Assembly (NCBI GenBank): GCA_036569045.1
Contig: DATCRI010000088.1
Coordinates: 20,115-84,114, forward strand
Source of the DNA: Chthoniobacterales bacterium
GTDB lineage: Bacteria; Verrucomicrobiota; Verrucomicrobiia; Chthoniobacterales; JAATET01
Length of the DNA: 64,000 nucleotides
Reading direction: 5' to 3'
Below the pieces are notes generated by a model. That model saw nothing but the letters and a program-made list of their open reading frames with translations, made no database searches and had not been told where the DNA came from. Positions 28,795 to 38,693 of the stretch are shown one piece after another. A program made the position numbers and the translations under genes. Positions within the stretch are counted from its first letter, which is position 1; every line of letters begins with the position of its first letter.

Positions 28795-29472
28795 ATGAGT
28801 CCGATGTCTCACGTGATGCAGGCGCCGCCCTTCTCCAACAACCCCACCGGAAAATCCTCCCGTTCATTTCGCGTGGTGCTGGTGGACGATCACCCGTTCG
28901 TGCGGGACGGCCTCGCCGGCTTGCTGGGAACCGATCCGCAATTTCAGGTGGTCGGGCAGGCGAGTTCCGGCGCGGAGGCGCTGGACATGCTGCGCGATCT
29001 GGCGCCCGATCTTCTCGTCGTCGATCTGCGATTGCCGGACATGGATGGCGTGCAGGTGCTCTCGAAAGGGCGGCTCGTTCGTCCGACGGCATTGATGATC
29101 GTGCTGAGCGCCTTCACGTCGGATGACGACATGCTGGCGGCAGCGCGGGCCGGGGCGCAGGCTTACCTGACCAAGAGCGCCTCCGGTCCCGAGGTGCTCG
29201 AGACATTGCGCCGGGTCGTGAGTGGCGAGAACGTTCTCGTGCGCGAATTGTCATCCACGCTTCGCGCACGGATGCACGAACGCGACCTGACGCTGAAGGA
29301 ACATCAGGTGCTCGTCCTCCTGGGCCGAGGGCTGACGAACAAGGAAATCAGCGCCAGCACGGGCATGTCCGAAAACACCGTCAAATCCCATCTTCGCGCG
29401 ATTTTTCAGAAGTTGAGCGTCTCGAATCGTGCGGAAGCGACGGCCATCGCCCTGCGGCGAGGCATGGTGTAG
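28795..29472 (+). CDS. NarL/LuxR-family response regulator
   Basis: ATG 28795. The receiver is RVVLVDDHPFVRDGL...DLLVVDLRLPDMDG. The LuxR helix-turn-helix is LTLKEHQVLVLLGRGLTNKEISASTGMSENTVKSHLRAIFQKLSVSNRAEA. Confidence 0.9.
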   Translation: MSPMSHVMQAPPFSNNPTGKSSRSFRVVLVDDHPFVRDGLAGLLGTDPQFQVVGQASSGAEALDMLRDLAPDLLVVDLRLPDMDGVQVLSKGRLVRPTALMIVLSAFTSDDDMLAAARAGAQAYLTKSASGPEVLETLRRVVSGENVLVRELSSTLRARMHERDLTLKEHQVLVLLGRGLTNKEISASTGMSENTVKSHLRAIFQKLSVSNRAEATAIALRRGMV

Positions 29473-29696
29473 ACACTCTTTCGCGTTCGGGTTCGACGCA
29501 TTTCTGCGCTCCATTTTCGGAGGGAGACTTTCGGGCAGGTTCTCACCCGAACGAATTAGGAGGGACGGTGATCGCCCATTCGGACGAGCGGTATTTTTCC
29601 CGCGTGGCACCGCAGTGGCTCGATGAGGACCCGCCCGGAACGGGGGGAATCCCGCTCCGAATGGCTGCCTAAAAACCAAAACGCAGAAAACACCCA

Positions 29697-31331
29697 ATGC
29701 AAAAATCCTTCCTCACGCGAGCGTTGTTCCGCTCGCTGCGACCGCCGAGCCGATTCGGCTTTCTGGCCCGCGCCACCGTTCCCGCCCTGCTCGCCGGGAC
29801 CGCGTGGGGCGCTTCCGTCACCTGGGATCCCGCCAATAACCTGGCTGGCTCGGACGGTAGCGGCACCTGGAGCACCGGCGTTGCGAACTGGGCAAGCGGC
29901 GGATCCGACGCCGGCTGGGTCAATGGAGATTCTGCCATCTTTGGCAGCGGTGGAACTGCGGGAACCGTATCGGTTTCCGGAACAGTCAACGTCGCCGAAA
30001 TCTTCTTCGGTCTGACGACGGGAAACTATACGATTTCCGACGGAACGATCGGTTTCGGCGCGACCGGCACCATCACCACGGACTCGAGCGCGGCCATTAC
30101 TTCCATCCTCAGCGGTTCGGGAACTGCCCTGACCAAGGCAGGTGCCGGCACGCTCACCGTCAACGGGGCCAGCAGCGGCATTTCGTCAATCGACGTGACG
30201 GCGGGAACGCTGGCCACCAACGCCGGAGGGGCGCTGTCATTTGGGAATAGCTCGACGGCGATCTCGGTGTCCAGTGGCGCGTCGATCAAGGTTGCGTCGG
30301 GTGCAGTCGCCGGAAATGCGATGACCTTCAACGGCGGCAGCGGGACGGCAGCGGAGATCAGCGGCGCGACCCTCGCGGGGCCGATCACGCTCGCTTCGGG
30401 AAACACGGCCTTCAACGTGAGTTCCCAGTCGGGTGAGATCACCGGGAATATCTCCGGCAGTGGAAGCTTCACCAAATCGGGGGCGAATCAGCTGACCCTG
30501 AAAGGTGTGAATACCTACTCGGGCACGACCACCGTTACGGACGGCTCGCTGTTGGTCGATTCGAGTTCGTCGATCGGAACCGGCGCCGTCGTCAACAACG
30601 GCGTGATTCGTTTCAACGTCGCTTCCGGCGCGACCGTGACGCTGTCCAATGCGGTGAGCGGATCGGGTGCGATCTCCAAGACGGGTGCCGGAACGTTCGT
30701 CATGGACGGAGCCTACACCTATAGCGGGGCGACGACGCTGGCGGGTGGAACGACGATCTTCAACGGGTCGATCACCGATGCGAATTCCACGGCCACCCTG
30801 GTTGTGGGATCGGGTTCCACGTTGAAGGGCGCGGGGACGATCGTGGGAGCATCGGCGGGTGCGCTCTCGCTGCTGGCGGGAGGAAAGTTCTCGATTGGAG
30901 CGACGGACGGAGCCATCGGCACCTTCTCGGCAACAAGCTTCGCATGGTTCAGTGACAACACGAACGCGAGCATGTTTTTCGACCTGAGTAGCTCGGACGG
31001 ATCGGCGGATATGCTCGCGCTGACCGGCTCCTTCAGTCGCTCTTCGGGAACAAGCTACATCATTGACTTCCAGGGCGGTGGCGTGGCGGGGCAGACCTAC
31101 ACGCTCATTTCATATGGCGTCGCGAGTTCGGTTTCCGTTGGCAATCTCGTGGCGACGAATCTCGCCAGCGGTCTGACCGGAACGTTCAAGATGACTGGAG
31201 CAACCAGCGGATTGAACAGTGCCGGCGTGCTGACCTTTACCGTGGTTCCCGAGCCGACCGAAGTGGGCATCGGCATCGCGGCTCTCGCCGCCTTCGCCAT
31301 CGTGATGCGCCGCCGCCGCCAGACCAACTAA
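29697..31331 (+). CDS. Autotransporter-associated beta-strand repeat protein with PEP-CTERM sorting tail
   Basis: Repeated units such as LTKAGAGTLTVNG...TAGTL, FTKSGANQLTLKGVNTYSGTTTVTDGSL and ISKTGAGTFVMDGAYTYSGATTLAGG. The C-terminus VVPEPTEVGIGIAALAAFAIVMRRRRQ has PEP, a TM helix and a basic cluster. Confidence 0.85.
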   Translation: MQKSFLTRALFRSLRPPSRFGFLARATVPALLAGTAWGASVTWDPANNLAGSDGSGTWSTGVANWASGGSDAGWVNGDSAIFGSGGTAGTVSVSGTVNVAEIFFGLTTGNYTISDGTIGFGATGTITTDSSAAITSILSGSGTALTKAGAGTLTVNGASSGISSIDVTAGTLATNAGGALSFGNSSTAISVSSGASIKVASGAVAGNAMTFNGGSGTAAEISGATLAGPITLASGNTAFNVSSQSGEITGNISGSGSFTKSGANQLTLKGVNTYSGTTTVTDGSLLVDSSSSIGTGAVVNNGVIRFNVASGATVTLSNAVSGSGAISKTGAGTFVMDGAYTYSGATTLAGGTTIFNGSITDANSTATLVVGSGSTLKGAGTIVGASAGALSLLAGGKFSIGATDGAIGTFSATSFAWFSDNTNASMFFDLSSSDGSADMLALTGSFSRSSGTSYIIDFQGGGVAGQTYTLISYGVASSVSVGNLVATNLASGLTGTFKMTGATSGLNSAGVLTFTVVPEPTEVGIGIAALAAFAIVMRRRRQTN

Positions 31332-31370
31332 CGCGAATCCGAACATCGATTCACTCAAACTCAATCATTC

Positions 31371-33554
31371 ATGAAAAACTTTTCACGTAGCATCGCGCTG
31401 GCAGCCTGTGCCGTCCTCGGGTTCCAGTCGGCCTTTGCGAAAACTGTCACGGTCAATCTCGAGACCGCCACCTTCGACGATCTCCAGGCGGCGATGAATG
31501 CCGGCGCGATCACTTCTGTGGAGCTCGCGACGCTTTACCTCAACCGCCGCGCGGTCTACGACCAGGCCGGGATCAGGATCAACTCGGTCGTCTCGATCAG
31601 TCCGACGGTCTTCGATGAAGCGCAAGCGGCCGACGATCTGCGCGCTTCCAGCGGCCAGCAGAGTCCCGTGCACGGCCTGTTCTATTGCACGAAGGATTCC
31701 TATCCCACGCTCGGCATGGTCACCAGCGGTGGCGTGAAGGCCTGGCTCTCGTCTGTGACTGGCTCGTTCGGCACGGAAGCCGGTGTCACCTACGGCCCGA
31801 TGATCTCGCCGGAAGACTGCTACGTCGTTGGCAAGCTCAAGGCCGCGCATGCGATCGTTCTTGGCCACGGCAACATGGACACCTGGGCGACCTCGGCTTC
31901 GAGCACGGCCTCGAACGCCTATGGCACCACGCTCAACGCCTACTGCCTCGGCAGTGCGTCGGGCTCCTCCGGCGGCCCGGGTGCGCTCACGGGTTCGAAT
32001 TTTGCCAGCTTTGCCTGGGGCGGAGAGACCGGCGGTTCGATCCGCAATCCGTCCGATCGTGCCGGCGTTACCGGTTACAAGGTTAGCGTGGGCACCCACT
32101 CGGTGAACCACATCATCCCGCTCGTTTCCGATCGCGACGTCATCGGGCCGATGGCGCGCTACGTCAAGGACGAGGCTTACATCATGGACATCACCGCCGG
32201 AACCATCGATCCGCAGGATCTCTGGGCCCCGATCAACTATGTGCCCGGTCGCGGCCTCGATACCGGCTACGCGGCGAAGGTGGCATCCACCTCGCTAGCG
32301 GGCAAAAGGATCGGGATCATCGGCACTTACAACGGCCAGACTTATCCTTCGCCCGCGCCCACGCCGGTCCAGCTGTCCGAAGCGGATATGGAGAAGGCGC
32401 TCGGCGTTGGCAACGGCCATGGCGGCATGACGTCCTTCACGAACTACGTGGTAAGTGGTGGCAACGCGGCCGGTGTGCAGACGCCGGACACGGCCACCGC
32501 GGCGGTTTTCGCCCGCTTTGTCGGTGAACTCCAAAGCTCTGGCGCCACGGTCGTTACCGTCTTCCTTCCGCCGAACCTCGACACGGCTCAGACGATCCCG
32601 GCCGCAAGCCCGAATCCGGCGATTCCACAGTTCCCGACTCAGTTCGATGACGGCACGCCGGCTCCCGGTGCGACGCTCGCGAGCCCTTACACGAACTACT
32701 CCCTTGCCTACGAGAATGCGGGCATGCTCGGGGCCTTTGGCCAGGGCATCTACACCCGGCTCACGCAGGCGAACGCGGCGAGCAGCTCGTTGAGCACCGC
32801 GGTGCGCGCCGCGGCTTACAATGGGCAGTTCATCGACTTTACGAGCACGTCCTTCCACGATCCCACGACGGGGGAAACCACATCGATCAACATCCCGGCA
32901 CACTTCCAGCGCAAGGCGATCTACAACGCGCTCTACGAGAAGTTCATGGACGCTAACGGCCTCGACGCCCTCGTCTGGCCGATCAGCTACACGAAGACCC
33001 GCACGAGCAACAGCGTGAGTGGTCGCGATCTGGTGAACAACATAGGCCTCCCCATCTGCACCGTGCCGATCGGGATCTACACGGCCCTTGGCGGTGAGCC
33101 GATCTGCGCAGGCTTCCTCGGCCGCTATCGCAAGGAAGCGGACAACCTCGCCCTCGCCGGTGCTTATCAGCAGGCCTACAACCACCGCATCCCGTCGCCG
33201 CTTTCGCCTCCTCTGGACGGGGAGACGATCACCTACACGACCTCGGGGACGCTGTTCAGCCAGCGCTCGGACAAGCTGGCCCCGGTCGTCTCCATCAAGA
33301 AGAAGGCCACCGAGAAGGACGAGAAGATCGTCATTCAGGGAGTCGCCGCCGACGCGAGCGGCATCGGCTCGTTGAAGGTGTATGTGAACGGCCGCAAGGT
33401 CGCTTCGAAGGTTGGCAAACGCTGGACCGCCTCGGTTCCGGCCAGCTCGATCAAAAAGTGGACGAAGTCGAAGGCCAAGAGCATCGAGGTCACCGTGCTG
33501 GCCAAGGACAGCGTCGGCAATGCATCGGCCACCACCAAGGTCGTGAAGCTTTAA
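31371..33554 (+). CDS. Secreted amidase-signature (AS) family enzyme with C-terminal Ig-like domain
   Basis: Signal peptide MKNFSRSIALAACAVLGFQSAFA. The catalytic elements are CTKDSY (Lys), GSASGSSGGPG (cis-Ser) and GGETGGSIRNPS (nucleophile Ser). The C-terminal beta-rich segment is IQGVAADASGIGSLKVYVNGRKV. Confidence 0.8.
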   Translation: MKNFSRSIALAACAVLGFQSAFAKTVTVNLETATFDDLQAAMNAGAITSVELATLYLNRRAVYDQAGIRINSVVSISPTVFDEAQAADDLRASSGQQSPVHGLFYCTKDSYPTLGMVTSGGVKAWLSSVTGSFGTEAGVTYGPMISPEDCYVVGKLKAAHAIVLGHGNMDTWATSASSTASNAYGTTLNAYCLGSASGSSGGPGALTGSNFASFAWGGETGGSIRNPSDRAGVTGYKVSVGTHSVNHIIPLVSDRDVIGPMARYVKDEAYIMDITAGTIDPQDLWAPINYVPGRGLDTGYAAKVASTSLAGKRIGIIGTYNGQTYPSPAPTPVQLSEADMEKALGVGNGHGGMTSFTNYVVSGGNAAGVQTPDTATAAVFARFVGELQSSGATVVTVFLPPNLDTAQTIPAASPNPAIPQFPTQFDDGTPAPGATLASPYTNYSLAYENAGMLGAFGQGIYTRLTQANAASSSLSTAVRAAAYNGQFIDFTSTSFHDPTTGETTSINIPAHFQRKAIYNALYEKFMDANGLDALVWPISYTKTRTSNSVSGRDLVNNIGLPICTVPIGIYTALGGEPICAGFLGRYRKEADNLALAGAYQQAYNHRIPSPLSPPLDGETITYTTSGTLFSQRSDKLAPVVSIKKKATEKDEKIVIQGVAADASGIGSLKVYVNGRKVASKVGKRWTASVPASSIKKWTKSKAKSIEVTVLAKDSVGNASATTKVVKL

Positions 33555-33603
33555 ACCCGAAGCCAGCCGGCTCAATCAACACGACTCACGTCTCAGATAG
33601 TCA

Positions 33604-33641
33604 GGCGGATTCACCGAAGTCGGTGGATCCGCCGCTATTTT
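33604..33641 (+). terminator. Hairpin plus T-tract after the amidase gene
   Basis: ggcggattcaccg-aagt-cggtggatccgcc is a 13-bp stem with one mismatch, followed by gctatttt. It ends 17 nt before the next ATG. Confidence 0.55.
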
Positions 33642-33657
33642 GAAATCCAGAGAAAAT

Positions 33658-35310
33658 ATGCTTCGGAATTTATTGGAACTGGCAAATGGCCGGACGGCCC
33701 GTTGGGGCCTTGCAGGTTTGGGAGTGCTCGCCGTGGGAGGCGCAACGCTGTATTTTTTCGACCGGGATTCCGCGGGGTCCCATTCCGCGATGTCCGCGAA
33801 CTCGGATGCGACGAAGGGGACTTTCTCCGCGTCCGGCAAGATGAACCCTGCTGCCGGGAAAACCGCCACGGACTGGCAGAAGCGGGTGGAGACCGCAAAG
33901 CTGGCAGATTTTCCGGCGCTGATGCGCGAGATCATGGGAATTCCCGACGCCGTCATCCGCACGCAGGTCGCGAAGACGCTCGTGACTCGCTGGGTGAATG
34001 CCGATCTCACCGGCTTCATTGCCTTCGTCGATGCGACCGAAGTCGACGACGCCGCGAACGCCGATGACCTCTGGGCGCTGCTTGCTCCCGCGCTTGCCAG
34101 CGCCCTGCCGTCCCTGCCAGACGAGGTGACGATGCGGCCCGAGTTGAGCGAAATCGTGCGACGACTCATCGAATACTCCGCCCGCAAGGATCCCGACCAG
34201 GCCCTCGTCTGGGCAAAACAATGGCTGATGGACGATGCGCTCGAGTCCGCCCTCGCCACGATCACGGGCGAGATGATCAAGAAGGCGCCTGAAAAGGCGC
34301 TGAAGGTGTTCGCCGAAATCACGACCTCGGTGCGGCGCGTGGACGCGATCAGTGCGATTGGCGCGGTTTATGGAACGACGCATCCCGTGGAAGCAACGGA
34401 ATGGGCAAAGAATCTTCAGAACGAAGCCGAGCGCCCCTACGCCATGAACGCCGTTCTGGCTGCCCGGGCAGAAGTGGAACCGGAGGCCGCCGGCGTGGAG
34501 TTCACCGACTTCCGCAGCAAAATGGTCTCCTCTTACGCGACCGAGCGGGAGGCCGAGATTGCCAGAATGGGCATTCCGGACATCAGGCAGTATGCCCCCG
34601 GCGAGCCTCTCTCCGAGGACGATGCGATGAATTCCGAAGTCCTGCCGGGTCGGGACAATCCGCAGCTCGGACTGATCGCCGATGCGGCCCGCGCGATCGC
34701 GGAGAACTGGGGCGAGACGGATCCTCAGGCTGCCCTCAAATGGACCGAGTCCCTGCCGCCGGGGGGGCTCCGCGACGACGTGGTTGGCAGTGCGCTGGTC
34801 GGCTGGGCTTCGAAGGATCCCCAGGCGGCCTCCGCGTATTATCTGAAGAATAGTGCGTCGAATCCGACCCCGGCCGAGCCGATCTTCGAAGCCTGGGCCC
34901 AGGCGGAACCGGCGCGGGCTGCCGAGCAGGCCGCCGAGTTGAGCGATGCGGCTGTCCGGGAAAAGGCGATCAGCGGCGTGGTGAGCGGCTGGCTCGACAG
35001 CTCCGCGGACCAAACCGCTATCGCCGCGTGGGTCGACAAGCTGCCGGGCAAGGCGGAACGTGACGCGGCGAATGCCCAGATCGCAGATGCCGAGAGTTTC
35101 GACGAGCCGGATGCCGCCTGGCAGCGGGCGACCGGCATCCGGAACCAGGCCACCCGACGCGATGCCCTTCGTTCGGCTTTCGCCAGCCTCGTGGCGAGCG
35201 ATCCGGAGCAGGCCCGAGTCATGCTTGCCGAGACGAAAGACCTCACGCCGGACGAGACCACCCGGCTGACCAGGATGCTCAAGGCCGTTTCTCCGAAGGC
35301 GTCGAATTGA
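33658..35310 (+). CDS. N-terminally membrane-anchored helical-repeat protein (W..DP..A..W...LP repeat family), unknown function
   Basis: ATG 33658 gives MLRNLLELANGRTARWGLAGLGVLAVGGATLYFF (TM anchor). Repeats include ENWGETDPQAALKWTESLPPG, VGWASKDPQAASAY and SGWLDSSADQTAIAAWVDKLPG. It is a paralog of 43529..45385. Confidence 0.7.
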   Translation: MLRNLLELANGRTARWGLAGLGVLAVGGATLYFFDRDSAGSHSAMSANSDATKGTFSASGKMNPAAGKTATDWQKRVETAKLADFPALMREIMGIPDAVIRTQVAKTLVTRWVNADLTGFIAFVDATEVDDAANADDLWALLAPALASALPSLPDEVTMRPELSEIVRRLIEYSARKDPDQALVWAKQWLMDDALESALATITGEMIKKAPEKALKVFAEITTSVRRVDAISAIGAVYGTTHPVEATEWAKNLQNEAERPYAMNAVLAARAEVEPEAAGVEFTDFRSKMVSSYATEREAEIARMGIPDIRQYAPGEPLSEDDAMNSEVLPGRDNPQLGLIADAARAIAENWGETDPQAALKWTESLPPGGLRDDVVGSALVGWASKDPQAASAYYLKNSASNPTPAEPIFEAWAQAEPARAAEQAAELSDAAVREKAISGVVSGWLDSSADQTAIAAWVDKLPGKAERDAANAQIADAESFDEPDAAWQRATGIRNQATRRDALRSAFASLVASDPEQARVMLAETKDLTPDETTRLTRMLKAVSPKASN

Positions 35311-35330
35311 AGGGGCGGTGTGGAGTGAAA

Positions 35331-36083
35331 ATGTGGCGCAAGATTCTATTTTTCGGAGGAGTTCTCGCGCCGCTGATGGCTGCGAACGCGACCGACTGGA
35401 CCTGGAGCAACCCAGTCGGGAGCGTCAAACTCTTCGGGAGTGGAGCGCTGGCGACGACGCTTGCAACGAACGTCGAGGTGGAGGGTGCCGACGGATCGGA
35501 TGGAATCAACTATCTGGATTCCTTTTCGGTGCCGGCGGTTTCTCAGACGTTGGTGAACGTCAACGGGTCTTCTCTGCAGGCAAATGCCCGTCTCTCCGTC
35601 GACGATGGCGAAGTTGGGAATCTGATCGCGACGGGGGCGATCGATTTCAGTGCCAGCGGGAAGGGGGGAGTGGGCAGTGGAGCTGTTCAGCTCTCCTATC
35701 TGATTTTCCTTCCAACAGATGCCGACATCTTTCTTTCGGGAATTCGGAGTTCCGTCGCGGCTGATGCCGGAAACAGGTTCACCCTTTCGTTGTTTGCAAG
35801 CGATGCGGCCGGGAACAGGGCCGGCGGAAGTTTGTTGGGCTATGAAGGCAACAATTTCGACCAGGAAATCTCCTTCCAAGCCACTCAGGGCTATTACCTC
35901 CTTCAAATGGATGCCTCGGCGCAGGTCACCGCCGGTGCGGCTGCGAACGTCACGAGTTTCTCATTTGCTCTGGATCTGACGCCGACCACCGCCGTGCCGG
36001 AGCCGGCAGTCACGGGATTGTTCCTCCTCGGCGGCGTGCTGTTGACGATTCGCCTGCGAGGCAGAGTGCGCAGGCGCGGCTGA
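35331..36083 (+). CDS. PEP-CTERM domain protein, unknown function
   Basis: ATG 35331 gives the signal peptide MWRKILFFGGVLAPLMAANA. The C-terminus is AVPEPAVTGLFLLGGVLLTIRLRGRVRRRG. Confidence 0.75.
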   Translation: MWRKILFFGGVLAPLMAANATDWTWSNPVGSVKLFGSGALATTLATNVEVEGADGSDGINYLDSFSVPAVSQTLVNVNGSSLQANARLSVDDGEVGNLIATGAIDFSASGKGGVGSGAVQLSYLIFLPTDADIFLSGIRSSVAADAGNRFTLSLFASDAAGNRAGGSLLGYEGNNFDQEISFQATQGYYLLQMDASAQVTAGAAANVTSFSFALDLTPTTAVPEPAVTGLFLLGGVLLTIRLRGRVRRRG

Positions 36084-36100
36084 GTGAAGCCGGCGAAAAG

Positions 36101-36132
36101 AAACCCACCGATCCAGATGGATGGGTGGGTTT
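36101..36132. terminator. Bidirectional hairpin terminator between convergent PEP-CTERM gene and nusG
   Basis: aaacccacc-(14 nt)-ggtgggttt. The minus-strand read is followed by tttcttttc and the plus-strand read by tgcaaattt. Confidence 0.65.
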
Positions 36133-36154
36133 GCAAATTTGCCGGGCGAGCGAC

Positions 36155-36718
36155 TCAGGCGCGCTCGACCTGCCAGTATTCCAGTTCGACAGGCGTGTCG
36201 CGGCCGAAGATGCTGACGGAGACGCGGAGCTTGCCGCGCTCGGGGTCGATTTCCTCGACGATACCGTTCTGGTTCTGGAAGGGGCCGTCGGCCACCTTGA
36301 CCTTGTCGCCGACCTCGAACTCGATCTTCGGCTTCACGCTGTCCTCGCGCTCCTGCATCTGCGCGAGCATCCCTTCGACTTCCTTCTTCCGCATGGGAAT
36401 TGGGCGATCCTTGGCGCCGGCAAAGCCGATCACGCCATTGGTTTCGCGAATGAAATACCAGGTGCGGTCCACGAGCTGGTTGTTCTCATCCAGCAGGTGC
36501 ATGTTGACGATGATGTAGCCGGGGAAGAACTTGCGCGTGGTCTCGGTCTTCTTGCCGCGCTTGATTTCCTGCACGCGCTCGGTGGGGATGAGGGCCTCGA
36601 AAACGACGTCCTCCATCTCCTCGCTCTTGATGCGCTTTTTGATGTTTTCGAGCACTTTGTTCTCCTGACCGGAGAGCACGTGCACGACATACCATTGATC
36701 GCGTGGGGCTAGACTCAT
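36155..36718 (-). CDS. nusG: Transcription termination/antitermination factor NusG
   Basis: WYVVHVLSGQENKVLENI...FPGYIIVNM...GVIGF are NGN elements. The KOW domain is FEVGDKVKVADGPFQNQNGIVEEID. Confidence 0.95.
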   Translation of the reverse strand: MSLAPRDQWYVVHVLSGQENKVLENIKKRIKSEEMEDVVFEALIPTERVQEIKRGKKTETTRKFFPGYIIVNMHLLDENNQLVDRTWYFIRETNGVIGFAGAKDRPIPMRKKEVEGMLAQMQEREDSVKPKIEFEVGDKVKVADGPFQNQNGIVEEIDPERGKLRVSVSIFGRDTPVELEYWQVERA

Positions 36719-36724
36719 GAAAAA

Positions 36725-36940
36725 TTAGGCCTTCGTCAGGAAATTGACGATCTGAATGAGGACGACGTCGAAGAACGCGATGTAACCACCGACGATGAGC
36801 ATCGCGATGAGCACGACGACGGTGGAATCCCACAATTCCTTATAGCGCTTGAACCCTTTTTCGTTCGGGTCCCAGGGCCAGGAGGCCTTGGCAAGTTCGC
36901 CGCGGACCTCGGAAGTGAATCGTCCTAGTTTTCCAAACAT
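36725..36940 (-). CDS. secE: Preprotein translocase subunit SecE
   Basis: 71 aa. SEVRGELAKASWP is followed by a single TM helix VVVLIAMLIVGGYIAFFDVVL. Positioned between tRNA-Trp and nusG. Confidence 0.9.
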   Translation of the reverse strand: MFGKLGRFTSEVRGELAKASWPWDPNEKGFKRYKELWDSTVVVLIAMLIVGGYIAFFDVVLIQIVNFLTKA

Positions 36941-37043
36941 CGCGTTAAAGTTTACTGATTTGCGGATTCTGTCCGCAGATTTCGCCGATTTGCACAGAAA
37001 GGACCGTGTAATCGGCGTTGATCTAAGGACAATTTTGAAAGAG

Positions 37044-37116
37044 CAGGCCAGGAGGGACTCGAACCCCCAACAAACGGTTTTGGAGACCGCTACTCTACCA
37101 ATTGAGCTACTGGCCT
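37044..37116 (-). tRNA. tRNA-Trp (anticodon CCA)
   Basis: The minus-strand read is AGGCCAGTAGCTCAATTGGTAGAGTAGCGGTCTCCAAAACCGTTTGTTGGGGGTTCGAGTCCCTCCTGGCCTG. The anticodon loop is CTCCAAA. Confidence 0.9.
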
Positions 37117-37140
37117 AATCTAACAAGGGGCTAAGCGTTG

Positions 37141-38325
<1,185 letters not shown>

Positions 38326-38372
38326 CTTGGTGTCGTGTAGGGTTTGTCGGGTGAATCGCTGCGCTAAAATCG

Positions 38373-38448
38373 TGGAGCCCACAACCGGGATCGAACCGGT
38401 GACCTCGTCCTTACCAAGGACGTGCTCTGCCAACTGAGCTATGTGGGC
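38373..38448 (-). tRNA. tRNA-Thr (anticodon GGT), CCA encoded
   Basis: The minus-strand read is GCCCACATAGCTCAGTTGGCAGAGCACGTCCTTGGTAAGGACGAGGTCACCGGTTCGATCCCGGTTGTGGGCTCCA. The anticodon loop is TTGGTAA. Confidence 0.9.
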
Positions 38449-38693
38449 CTTGGGGCCTCGGGGGCCGTATGGGTTATCTGTAGATCCGCGAGCGGGTCTG
38501 TTTTCAATCTCCGAAAAAAGGGTGAAGGACCCCGCCCGTATCTCCCTGGAGAAACGGCGATGCCCTGCGACCTTTCGGCGGAAACTGAACGGGCAGAATA
38601 TCGAGCGGTCCGAGGCTGTCAAAGCGAATTTTGGGGTTTGCGCGAGGAGATTTTGAGTTGGGTTCGGCGGGGTTCCTCGGGCAGGTTTGGGAA

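Noticed and set aside
22388-36155. Possible genomic island integrated at tRNA-Tyr, spanning copA through the PEP-CTERM block
   Set aside because: I found no integrase or recombinase and no direct repeat of the tRNA 3' end. copA and the two-component genes have native-like GC. Only the milder description of an accessory block is retained.
36941-37140. Expected rpmG (L33) gene between tuf and secE
   Set aside because: The interval holds only tRNA-Trp and short spacers, with no ORF carrying an L33-like Cys/Lys-rich sequence. The tuf, tRNA-Trp, secE order is itself a known arrangement.
38326-38622. N-terminal extensions of track ORFs. Examples: the tuf ORF running to 38622 across tRNA-Thr; gcvP from 54755 across gcvH; 59202..62531 into the GT2 gene; 11856..13385 into larB; 20214..21704; 15439..16581; 53454..54707.
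   Set aside because: The track takes the most upstream ATG, GTG or TTG. The extensions overlap other verified genes or tRNAs and translate to Arg-rich junk. Conserved N-termini and coupled start/stop overlaps identify the shorter starts.
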